A stretch of DNA of 64,000 bases from a virus (lineage: Duplodnaviria; Caudoviricetes): IMG/VR virus record IMGVR_UViG_3300029288_001872, positions 32,001 through 96,000 of that record. The stretch is one strand, 5' to 3'. Both the position numbers and the translations under genes were made by a program. The notes below the pieces were generated by a model. The model saw only the letters and a program-made list of their open reading frames with translations, searched no databases and was not told where the DNA came from. Shown in pieces: positions 1 to 8,663 of the stretch (position 1 is the stretch's first letter; every line of letters begins with the position of its first letter).

Positions 1-161
1 CTTTTAAACACTTCAAACACCATCTTACGAATTGCTTTATCAATATTATTCATTGCTTTAGCATTGAATAAATTAATCTGGCTAACGAAGTTGCCTAGCC
101 CTAAGTTAGAAACTTGATTGCTACTTGGTCTAATATAGGTTGATTGATGAGTAATCGCCAT
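1..161 (-). CDS. Partial ORF (runs off window), probable neck/tail-completion protein (HK97 gp10-like)
   Basis: Own translation MAITHQSTYIRPSSNQVSNLGLGNFVSQINLFNAKAMNNIDKAIRKMVFEVFK; position downstream of head-tail genes. Confidence 0.4.
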   Translation of the reverse strand, partial: MAITHQSTYIRPSSNQVSNLGLGNFVSQINLFNAKAMNNIDKAIRKMVFEVFK

Positions 162-1134
162 AACTACTTCCTATAAACTCAAAAATTCTTTCTTTACATT
201 CATCAGCCTTAGAAACAATTTCACTTCCAGTTAAATGCAACACATCCCATCCACATCTTGCAAGATATAAATCTCTTTCTTGTTCTTTCTTTTTATCTTT
301 GTGCCATCGCTCACCGTCGCACTCAATAATCTTTCTCTTCTCAATAACTGCAAAATCAGGCCATTTATTTCCAACTCTATGATTAAAAACAGTTTTAATT
401 CCAAGTTCTTCTAATAATTCAGAAACAATCTTTTCAATATGGGTATATCCTTTACCTTTTGTCTTCTTGGCAAGTATGGCATTCGGATGTTTTTCAGGAT
501 ATTCTTGATAAAAACTTTTCATTCTTTCTGAATGCTCTGGGTTTTTTCTTCCAGTATATTTCTTTGATAAAATTTCTGCCCTTCTCGCAATAGATGGATG
601 ATCTTCTTTGGTTAGACCTTTACACCATAATCTACTTTTAGCAAGAGCGGCAAGTTGATTTTCATTTGGTTTTCTTGGATTTCTTTTTTGTTCTTCTGAA
701 ATAGTAATAGATAATTTTGCTAGTCTTACATCTGTCTCTTTAGTAAGTCCTTTATTCCAACAAACATGGCCTTTCTTACCAGTAAAATATTCTGACAACT
801 TTGCTAACCTTTCATCAGTTTCTTTTGTCAATCCTCTGTTCCAAATATTAGCTTGTTGGCATTCTCTTCCACAATACTTCTTTTCATCCCATTGTTTTTG
901 ACTATGTTTTTTATTCCTTGGAAATACTTTATCACAACATTCACACCATTTAATTTCAGTATAATTTTTTATTCTAATTCCCTTCTTTGGTGAAATTCTA
1001 CCAATCGATGATATGTGTTGGCATTTTTTACTACAATATTTTCTATTCTCCCATTGTTTTCTAGAACAGTTTTTTCCATAAACCTTACCACACAGTTCAC
1101 AATATTTTATTTCACAATAAATTTTCTTAGCCAT
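130..1134 (-). CDS. Putative homing endonuclease: zinc-finger/NUMOD-like repeats + C-terminal DUF559/Vsr-like PD-(D/E)xK nuclease
   Basis: YCSxxC motifs, repeated WNKGLTKETD, C-terminal WPDF...IIECDGERWH...ERDLYL..GWDVLHL. Confidence 0.75.
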   Translation of the reverse strand: MAKKIYCEIKYCELCGKVYGKNCSRKQWENRKYCSKKCQHISSIGRISPKKGIRIKNYTEIKWCECCDKVFPRNKKHSQKQWDEKKYCGRECQQANIWNRGLTKETDERLAKLSEYFTGKKGHVCWNKGLTKETDVRLAKLSITISEEQKRNPRKPNENQLAALAKSRLWCKGLTKEDHPSIARRAEILSKKYTGRKNPEHSERMKSFYQEYPEKHPNAILAKKTKGKGYTHIEKIVSELLEELGIKTVFNHRVGNKWPDFAVIEKRKIIECDGERWHKDKKKEQERDLYLARCGWDVLHLTGSEIVSKADECKERIFEFIGSSYGDYSSINLY

Positions 1135-1137
1135 TAT

Positions 1138-1368
1138 TTATGATCCACTCTTATTAAACAAAGAAACTATCATTCCACCAAATCCTTGGCTTATAAATAT
1201 ATAAGTTAATGCTTGTATTCCGCCAGTCATATCTTTTTGTATCCAATAACCATAATAAATGTACATAAAAATCGCAGTCAAGAAACCAAAGAAGCAGCAA
1301 AAACATGCTATGGCAAATATCACATTTGTTCTAATTTCTGATCCATTAACTAAATCTGAAAGCGCCAT
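1138..1368 (-). CDS. Small two-TM membrane protein, holin candidate
   Basis: Two hydrophobic segments in 76 aa. Confidence 0.4.
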   Translation of the reverse strand: MALSDLVNGSEIRTNVIFAIACFCCFFGFLTAIFMYIYYGYWIQKDMTGGIQALTYIFISQGFGGMIVSLFNKSGS

Positions 1369-1371
1369 TTT

Positions 1372-1677
1372 TTAATCTCTCTCTGGTTCTGGTTTTGGTC
1401 TAGCTTTTCCACCTGTTCTAGAAGAAGTATAATCAGAAGCACTTCTAGTAAGGTATGCTCCCAAACCTCCTGTTCCACCACCACCAACTATTAAACCCAA
1501 TATCAATTTAACAGTCTCACTATCTATTCCTTTACCATGATAAAAACAATGATAGCAAATAAGAATTATAGCTAATAAAAACAATATTACAGTAAGAACT
1601 AACATTGCTGTCGCTACAATAGTAGGGCTATTAACTTTTTCATTTGAAGAACTAATGTATTCTTGCCACCAAGCCAT
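1372..1677 (-). CDS. Small two-TM membrane protein, holin candidate
   Basis: Two hydrophobic segments and a charged C-terminus; same layout as the neighbouring ORF. Confidence 0.4.
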   Translation of the reverse strand: MAWWQEYISSSNEKVNSPTIVATAMLVLTVILFLLAIILICYHCFYHGKGIDSETVKLILGLIVGGGGTGGLGAYLTRSASDYTSSRTGGKARPKPEPERD

Positions 1678-1679
1678 GA

Positions 1680-2060
1680 CTACTCGCGAAGCAAACCCCT
1701 ATAGAAAAGCACTGTCGCCGCGGGTTCTAATACAGAAATCCCAACAATTCCATACACTTTACTATTCAAAGTAAGTCTATCGCCCAATTCCGGGTCTGAA
1801 GTAGCATTTGTCGTGAATAAAACGATGCGGTCGTTCTGGAGGATAAGAGTCCCCCCAATATACGTTTCTCCATAACCTTTCAAATAAGTCTTAGTTGGTG
1901 TTACATCAACTAAATTAATATTATAAACAGCAGATGATGAAGAAGAATACGAGCCGGTTATCGGGTTAAAACTAGCATTGGTGAACCTTTTTAAAACTCC
2001 GGTAGTCCCAAATTTGGTTATAAGTTTATTAGTTCTATTTGCTAATGCTGTATAATTCAT
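1680..2060 (-). CDS. Head-closure (stopper) protein
   Basis: Pattern 'LITKFG...FNPITG...GTLILQND...P..GDRL...P....LFY'; follows the adaptor gene. Confidence 0.65.
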   Translation of the reverse strand: MNYTALANRTNKLITKFGTTGVLKRFTNASFNPITGSYSSSSSAVYNINLVDVTPTKTYLKGYGETYIGGTLILQNDRIVLFTTNATSDPELGDRLTLNSKVYGIVGISVLEPAATVLFYRGLLRE

Positions 2061-2062
2061 AG

Positions 2063-2575
2063 CTATGCTCTAAAAATTTCCACGTTAGTTTTTCCGCGAA
2101 TCCATCCCCTAAGTAGTGTATCTATATATGGTTGTGAAGGAACTTGTTGTGCTCCACCTGAATCATATTGTATTTCTACCACATCAACTTTTTCTCTAAT
2201 AACATTTCCAGTGGTGTCATTATCTGGTAGTGGATCATCACCATTAAGAAATCTATAAGCAAGTTCTGCCTGAATCCATTTTATTTGTAAGGGAACACAA
2301 GTGGATGAAATAAAATAGGAATTTTTATCTGTTACGTTTCTTCTAGGCCACTCAAGAGGTTGAGTTGATAATGCCTTAGTACCAATGAAGTCTTGTAATT
2401 CCATGTAGTAACAAGCACGAATCAACGCAGCACTTTGTGTAGTTGTGGTTCCAGAAGCCCAACTAGTTAGTTTCCCAATTTTTGTAAAATATTCCGTACA
2501 AGAATTTAGGCTAAAATAGGAGTTTGCAGATGCAGGTGTCGTGGAGGCACCTGTTTCAATTACAAGTTCTGGCAT
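2063..2575 (-). CDS. Head-tail adaptor (DnaT-like/Ad1 family)
   Basis: Motifs 'LVIETG...ANSY', 'ALIRA', 'QPLEWPR', 'Q.ELA', 'REKVDVVEIQY'. Confidence 0.75.
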   Translation of the reverse strand: MPELVIETGASTTPASANSYFSLNSCTEYFTKIGKLTSWASGTTTTQSAALIRACYYMELQDFIGTKALSTQPLEWPRRNVTDKNSYFISSTCVPLQIKWIQAELAYRFLNGDDPLPDNDTTGNVIREKVDVVEIQYDSGGAQQVPSQPYIDTLLRGWIRGKTNVEIFRA

Positions 2576-2932
2576 TTATATTCCCTCCTATTCCCAAAAC
2601 TTCCACCAAGATTTCTTTTCTGGTAAGTCATAAATAACTTTAACAATATCACTAATTGACATCTTTCTTAGTTCTACTAATTTTATCTTTCTACGCATCT
2701 CTAGTATGTTTTTGACAATGAATTTCTTTTGTTTTAAAGAAAATTCCACTATTAGAATCCAACCTTTAAAAACCTCTTAGTCTTGAATCTCTCTTATTTG
2801 GGTCCAAGGCGGTGCCATTTCTCTTTGACAATCTCATCGACTTGGGTACCTTGGTCTTAATCTTTTTCTTTTTCGCTGTCTTCAATTTTTTTATTTTCGA
2901 TTTTGCGCCCATAAAAAGAACCTCAATTATAG

Positions 2933-3139
2933 TTATTTCTTTTTCTTAGAAAGTTTGTTTAGAGTTTTAGCCAATGATGCTCTCTTCTTAGTCTTGGCAG
3001 TCGCCTTAATTTTTCCAGTCATAACGGCATTAGCAAATTCTTGCACACCCATATCGTGAGCCTTAGCTTGGGCAGTAAAACTACCTGTTTTTAATTTAGC
3101 AGATTGGATAAACTTTTTCTTACTTCTAACAGTACCCAA
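2933..3139 (-). CDS. Small very basic protein
   Basis: Lys-rich 68 aa; RBS GAGGA upstream. Confidence 0.5.
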   Translation of the reverse strand: MGTVRSKKKFIQSAKLKTGSFTAQAKAHDMGVQEFANAVMTGKIKATAKTKKRASLAKTLNKLSKKKK

Positions 3140-3368
3140 GGTGTATCCTCCTAATCTATTATCTCAACCTTACAACCAGTAATTTTAACGCCCAATTTCA
3201 TTATCTTTTTACCTAACCACATTCTAAATTTAAACATAGGATTGATATTAAATCTAATCTGAATACATAATTCTCTGATTAAATCAGAAGCGTTAATATT
3301 TACAGTTTCAAGAGGTGGGTGTAACATATTATTTTTCCTTCCCTTTTTTCTTTCCACCTTTACATTTA

Positions 3369-3899
3369 TTATTCATTAGGGGTGTCTTTTTCTCTGTCTT
3401 TGGCATACCATCTTATGTCTTGTCGTTTTGCAGGAACACCCCAGACCATAGTATCTGGTGCAACATCCCGAGTACAGACCGCGCCAGCGCCTATCGTCGC
3501 GTTGCGACCCACGGTGATTCCAGGAAGAAGGATAGCTCCCGCACCAATTGTGGCTCCGTCCTCAATGATTGTTACAGAAAATTGGCCTTTTCGATCAGCC
3601 TTCGGTTTTTTAACATTACACACCACCACACGTGGACCTAAAAAAACTGAATCACCAACAATAGTAGAATCAAAAAGTTGCACTCCATTTTGAATACGAC
3701 AGAATTTGCCAATTCGAGTATTGCCAGAAACATAGCAGTGTTCAGCAATCATCGTTCCTTCTCCGACCACTGCGCCGGGAAGGATGTGGGTCCAAGCAAA
3801 AACTTTTACCCCATTCCCTAGTGAACAACCCGACTCAACATAACTTTTAGGATGAATAAAAATTGGCGGTGAATTTTTCAAAGGGTCTTTACTATCCAT
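3369..3899 (-). CDS. WbpD/WlbB-like hexapeptide-repeat sugar N-acetyltransferase
   Basis: Left-handed beta-helix repeats; 'IHPKSYVE', 'CRIQNGV', 'VFLGP', 'GATIGAGA', 'GVPAK' resemble WbpD. Confidence 0.8.
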   Translation of the reverse strand: MDSKDPLKNSPPIFIHPKSYVESGCSLGNGVKVFAWTHILPGAVVGEGTMIAEHCYVSGNTRIGKFCRIQNGVQLFDSTIVGDSVFLGPRVVVCNVKKPKADRKGQFSVTIIEDGATIGAGAILLPGITVGRNATIGAGAVCTRDVAPDTMVWGVPAKRQDIRWYAKDREKDTPNE

Positions 3900-4869
3900 A
3901 AATTACTTCTCCTTCTGGAGTATTGTGATATTTTTCGTTTTCATATATTTCTTTTATTGCAGAAACAGAACGCTCAACATTTTTAGGCGAAATAGAATTT
4001 ACTTCAATAAATCTATCTCTCATTCCACAAACCATTTCTATTGCTATTCTATTTTCTTCTATCCCATATCCTTCGCCAGCGAGAATTTTCTTGTACATAT
4101 TTGTGTGAAGTTCAGTAAACCCTTTATCAAGATTCAAAGTATATTCATCACCGATACTTAAACACCTATTTGGAATTCCTTCTATTAGATCATTTTTATC
4201 TGTAGATAAAAACCATTCCACATAAGCATTTTCTAAATCAATATAACCACTCGCCTTTGTTTCTGTAAGTGAAGATACTGAAGCCATTTTCCAATGACCA
4301 AATGTATAATTCATTATATCAAAAGCATGAATAGCAAGATTTAGGAGTATTCCACCACTTTTGTTAATATCAGATTTCCAAGATTTTCCGTACCAATCAC
4401 CTCTTGGAACCACATAGCGAAGATTGACTTTATATCGTTCTTTGTTACTTAATTTGATTATTTCTCTTAATCTATTTATTTCTTTGTGTAATCTTAATTG
4501 AAGAATTGAGAATACTTTTTTCCCAGTTTCTTTTTCTATTCTAATCAAATCATCTAAGTCAGATGGAAATAAACAAAGAGGTTTTTCACATATTACATTT
4601 ATATTATTTCTAAGTCCGAATTCAATGTGTTGTTTGTGCATATGATTTGGAGATATGACAGTCAGCCAATCAATTTTATTTTCTTTACAACACTCTTGAA
4701 AATCTAAATCATTCATAAAAAATTTACACTCATTGAACCAAGAATCGAGATGGCCAACTATATCATTTTTACTCAAGACCGCAATCAATTCTCCATTAAC
4801 ATCAGAGATGGCTTTTAAGTGTTTATGGCTTACATATCCACACCCTACCATTGCAAATTTTGGTTTCAT
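3892..4869 (-). CDS. WbpB/WlbA-like Gfo/Idh/MocA UDP-GlcNAcA 3-dehydrogenase
   Basis: 'GYVSHKHLKAI', 'SPNHMH', 'VICEKPL', 'ILQLRLH', 'RGDWYGKSWK', 'GFTELH' resemble WbpB. Confidence 0.85.
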   Translation of the reverse strand: MKPKFAMVGCGYVSHKHLKAISDVNGELIAVLSKNDIVGHLDSWFNECKFFMNDLDFQECCKENKIDWLTVISPNHMHKQHIEFGLRNNINVICEKPLCLFPSDLDDLIRIEKETGKKVFSILQLRLHKEINRLREIIKLSNKERYKVNLRYVVPRGDWYGKSWKSDINKSGGILLNLAIHAFDIMNYTFGHWKMASVSSLTETKASGYIDLENAYVEWFLSTDKNDLIEGIPNRCLSIGDEYTLNLDKGFTELHTNMYKKILAGEGYGIEENRIAIEMVCGMRDRFIEVNSISPKNVERSVSAIKEIYENEKYHNTPEGEVIYG

Positions 4870-4879
4870 TCATTCACCT

Positions 4880-5041
4880 TTATTTCTTCTTTGTTTTAGT
4901 TTTAGTTTTAGTCTTTTTCACTTTTACTGCACCAGAATGTAACTCTGATTTTAGTTTCTTTTGTTGTTCACTAGTCAACGGGCTTACTTTTGATAAAAGG
5001 TAGCGCGTCTGTTTCAATGATTTAGTTTTAGTTTTTGCCAT
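4880..5041 (-). CDS. Small very basic protein (53 aa, KT repeats), absent from the ORF track
   Basis: Own translation MAKTKTKSLKQTRYLLSKVSPLTSEQQKKLKSELHSGAVKVKKTKTKTKTKKK. Confidence 0.55.
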   Translation of the reverse strand: MAKTKTKSLKQTRYLLSKVSPLTSEQQKKLKSELHSGAVKVKKTKTKTKTKKK

Positions 5042-5426
5042 AATTAAATTAACCTTTTAATTCAAACCAATTAGCTTCTGAGCCACAACCTTTATTTCTT
5101 AATTCTTCACAAGAGTCTTTTGGCAACCCTCTTACTTTTCCTTTATTTTTTATGTGAGAACAGAAATCTGAATATACTTCTTCTGGTTCTTCTTCTATAT
5201 TACTTTCTTCTAAGTAAAACTTACAATCAATACATAATTTAATTTCATCCATTTTTATATTCCTCCAATTCCTTTTCCAATCTTTTATTCTTGTTCTTCA
5301 AAACTGTATATTGCGAATTGCACTTTATCTGAAACAATTCGTTTTCCAATTCTTCCACTCTCTCTTCCAATTCCAGAAGTCTATTGACGATCTGGTCTTG
5401 GGTGAGAGGGTGTAGTTTGATTAGTT

Positions 5427-6545
5427 TCATTGACATTTCTTTCTTCTCATATCTACTTTCCTGCAACCAATTTCACTATGTGCCAATTCATGACATGGTA
5501 CACAAAGCGTGATGCAGTTATCTAGATCAGCAGATTCAATAGGGTTTAATTCAATACCTTCAAAATGATGACAATGAAGAGAAACTTTAGTTTTCTCACA
5601 TCGTTGACATTGATATGAATCTCTAGCAAAAACCATTTGTCTTAATTCAGGTTGCACTTCGCGATTAAGAGGAACTGTTCCATTCATCTGATTCAAATAA
5701 CCATTTTCTGTCTTTTTGTAACTAGGACAAACATTTTGACATAATTTTGAACAATATAAATTGTGTTCATAAATATCTTTTCCATTTATAAAATCTATTC
5801 TACCACAGACTTGACTCCTAGTAGGAATAAACATTTTTCCGCAATATTTGCAAATACATTCGAGAATAGCTGGATTTTCTCTATTTCTCTTAACCTTCTC
5901 ACCAACACTCAATAATGTCGCTGCATATGTATCATAACTAGCCACTTGTTTATTTTTTGAAAGACCATGTGTAGTAGTAACTTTGCTTGCTCTCTCTAAT
6001 GCTAGACATCCACAAGACTTAGTATGACCGTAAAATAATCTTGAACTTAATATTTCTTTTGTTTTTCCACAATCACATTGACAATTCCAATACCAATAAC
6101 CAAATTTATTTTGCTTTGTTTTTGATATAGCAACAAGTCTATCAAATCTTTTATTGGTCAAATCGTATTGTTCTTTTCTTTGAATACACCCACAAGATTT
6201 AGTTTTACCATTCCATACTTTATTTCCTTTTATTTCTTTCACAGAACCACAATCACACTTAAACATCCAATACCAATCATTGTCTTTCCCCATCTTTGTT
6301 CTATATAAAGCAGTTAATCTATTAAATTTTTGTCCAGTAACATCTTTGAATTTATCATAATATTGTCTTGCACATTGTCTACTACAACAACCTTCAATTT
6401 TCTTTGCTGGAAAAACAAGACAATCTTCACCACAATTGAAACATTTTATTTTTCTATATAAACTTTTTCTAGTTGAATGTTGATATCTAAAAATATCACT
6501 ATTAATCCACTCTCCTTTTGAGAGAACTTCTTCAGTTATCTTCAT
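5427..6545 (-). CDS. HNH homing endonuclease
   Basis: Two 'G.kF.RL...W.C.CDCG...TKSCGC' repeats; C-terminal RDSYQCQRC...HCHH...NCITLCVPCH. Confidence 0.85.
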   Translation of the reverse strand: MKITEEVLSKGEWINSDIFRYQHSTRKSLYRKIKCFNCGEDCLVFPAKKIEGCCSRQCARQYYDKFKDVTGQKFNRLTALYRTKMGKDNDWYWMFKCDCGSVKEIKGNKVWNGKTKSCGCIQRKEQYDLTNKRFDRLVAISKTKQNKFGYWYWNCQCDCGKTKEILSSRLFYGHTKSCGCLALERASKVTTTHGLSKNKQVASYDTYAATLLSVGEKVKRNRENPAILECICKYCGKMFIPTRSQVCGRIDFINGKDIYEHNLYCSKLCQNVCPSYKKTENGYLNQMNGTVPLNREVQPELRQMVFARDSYQCQRCEKTKVSLHCHHFEGIELNPIESADLDNCITLCVPCHELAHSEIGCRKVDMRRKKCQ

Positions 6546-7766
6546 TTATATTGCTACCTTGTAGATATCAAGACTGTTTTTTATAACGTTTTTATCATCA
6601 TTTTTAAAATTAATATCTTCTATCAAACAAGACAATCCCATCCCATTTAAATTAGTTCTAAGTTCTTGCATGATATCAGCAGGTGCAGTAGCCAATTGCG
6701 GTTTAATAGCATTTAATGCGTTTACTCCCTCGTTCAACGCGGCAACGCTTAAGCGGTAGGTCTGGAGGAGTAGAGAATCTTCGCGAAGACTGAAAAAAAA
6801 TTGCCCTCCGCGTTTTTCTGGTGACTGTGACATCTCCCTGTATCCTCTAATAAATCGCCGTGCTCCATCTGCCATTATAGAAAGGTTGTTATTTGCTGCA
6901 CCCCAATCACTTAATGCATATGCCAAATCGGGGTCATAAGGGTTTTCTTTCAATGCTTCGATATTCAATTTATATGCTTCTTCCATTCTATTTTTTTCAT
7001 ATAAAGACTTTATGATCGTAAAAAAAATCGTGGCATTAAATTTCGTTGGATCAATTTTATCCTTCAAACTAATATACCATTTGCCATACTTTATCGATTC
7101 TTCCGTATAACCATGATGTCCAAGAAGCTGGGAGAGGTAAAATAAGGTATCTTTTCTAGTTGGATTCCCTTCCTCATCCAAATCTTCCATCTCTTTCATC
7201 AGCAAACCATGAGTTCTTTCAAACTTCAATCGCATTTTTTCTTCAGACAAATCATATCCATAATGCTCTATTTCAAGCATATCACAAAGAACTGCTGCAC
7301 CTTCAAATATAGGCGAGTTATGAATTCTGTGTTTATATTCTACTTTGCCTTTCTTAAATAATCTAGCGCTATTGCAAGACATTACTGTTTGACCTTGCTG
7401 CATGTCTCTAATTGGAATGGCAACAACATTATATTTGTCTTGTACCATTTCCAACCATTTCTTTAGTTTCTTTATAGAAAAGTCTTTTGACGGAACAATT
7501 TTTTCGTCAGCATCGATTATGAGTATAAAGTCCGCGCCATTCTCTTCAGCATATTTTATTGATTCGTTCCTATGATGTGAAAAATTATCCTGCCAAGGGG
7601 AATGATATAGTTTTACATTATCGAATGATTCTAGAATAGAAATTGTTCGATCAACACTGCCGGTGTCTACACATATGACCTCATCAACGATTCCTTTCAA
7701 GGAGTTTAGGCTTTGGGTTATAAATCTCTCTTCGTCCCGAACCATAAGACACGCTGTAATTTTCAT
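6546..7766 (-). CDS. GT2 glycosyltransferase with TPR-like C-terminus
   Basis: 'CLMVRDEE', 'VDTGSVDRT', 'DNFS..RN', 'IDADE', 'RIH', 'HYGY'. Confidence 0.85.
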   Translation of the reverse strand: MKITACLMVRDEERFITQSLNSLKGIVDEVICVDTGSVDRTISILESFDNVKLYHSPWQDNFSHHRNESIKYAEENGADFILIIDADEKIVPSKDFSIKKLKKWLEMVQDKYNVVAIPIRDMQQGQTVMSCNSARLFKKGKVEYKHRIHNSPIFEGAAVLCDMLEIEHYGYDLSEEKMRLKFERTHGLLMKEMEDLDEEGNPTRKDTLFYLSQLLGHHGYTEESIKYGKWYISLKDKIDPTKFNATIFFTIIKSLYEKNRMEEAYKLNIEALKENPYDPDLAYALSDWGAANNNLSIMADGARRFIRGYREMSQSPEKRGGQFFFSLREDSLLLQTYRLSVAALNEGVNALNAIKPQLATAPADIMQELRTNLNGMGLSCLIEDINFKNDDKNVIKNSLDIYKVAI

Positions 7767-8458
7767 AACACCTCATTTAAATACCGATAATTATATTTTT
7801 GATTTAAAATCAATTGATATAGTGCTTTCCAAGTATTTCTCTTTTTGTTTGCTCTAGAATTACAAGATGTACAAATTGAGATCAAATTATTAGGATGACA
7901 ATTTTTCTTGTCATAATCGACATGGTGTGCTGCTAATCTTTTTGAATTGTTTTTACAAGAAGGGTTTAAACATTTATAGCCATCCCTCTCTTTTATTTCG
8001 TCTCTATATTCTTTGGTCCACAGACAACAATAAGATTCAGTTGAAGTTCCACCCTTCCAATTATGGTTGTTAGGGCCACTTATTTTTAATATGGTCTCTT
8101 CGCTAAGTGGACCTTTCTTTATGCCCAATTGAGATTCAGAAATTTTTATTCTTGTTTCTTGTGTTACTTCATGTCCTAAATGTGCTTCACTCTTCTTCTT
8201 TTTGGTTTCTTCTGAATCTTTTTTCCCTTTTATTTTTTTACTATGATTAAGACACCATTCTAAAGAACTATTTCTATCTTTGGTACTACACCCACGAGAA
8301 CAATAACTCCCATTATTCTCTGGAAGATTAAGACATAATACTCCACAATATTTACATTTATTAATCTTGTATCTTCTATATTGGATACCACAATGATAAA
8401 TAATTGTATAATCATCAATCCATTTACAATTATCAAATATTTCTTGGGTTAATTTCAT
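7763..8458 (-). CDS. NUMOD3 + HNH homing endonuclease
   Basis: SEETKKKKS/ETRIKISE repeats, NWKGG, RDGYKC...HHVDYDKKN...NLISICTSC. Confidence 0.85.
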   Translation of the reverse strand: MKLTQEIFDNCKWIDDYTIIYHCGIQYRRYKINKCKYCGVLCLNLPENNGSYCSRGCSTKDRNSSLEWCLNHSKKIKGKKDSEETKKKKSEAHLGHEVTQETRIKISESQLGIKKGPLSEETILKISGPNNHNWKGGTSTESYCCLWTKEYRDEIKERDGYKCLNPSCKNNSKRLAAHHVDYDKKNCHPNNLISICTSCNSRANKKRNTWKALYQLILNQKYNYRYLNEVL

Positions 8459-8663
8459 ACACCTTCCTTGCTGATCTTCAATTTATCTTTCCTCTTTTAA
8501 ATAGTTTTTATTACCAAATAGTTTCTTCACCTAAACTTTCCCAGTAATGGCGATCCAACTCATGTTCAATCGCTCGCCGCTCTTTCTCTCTATTCATCCC
8601 GGCCAAAATGAAAATCGTCCGGCCCAGACATCCCCGGCAGGTCGTCTTGGTTGCAATAAAGCA

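Noticed and set aside
8510-8663. Small ORF after the SGNH gene apparently broken by a 1-nt frameshift
   Set aside because: Too short to assign and no slippery site recognised; likely a decayed passenger or an error.
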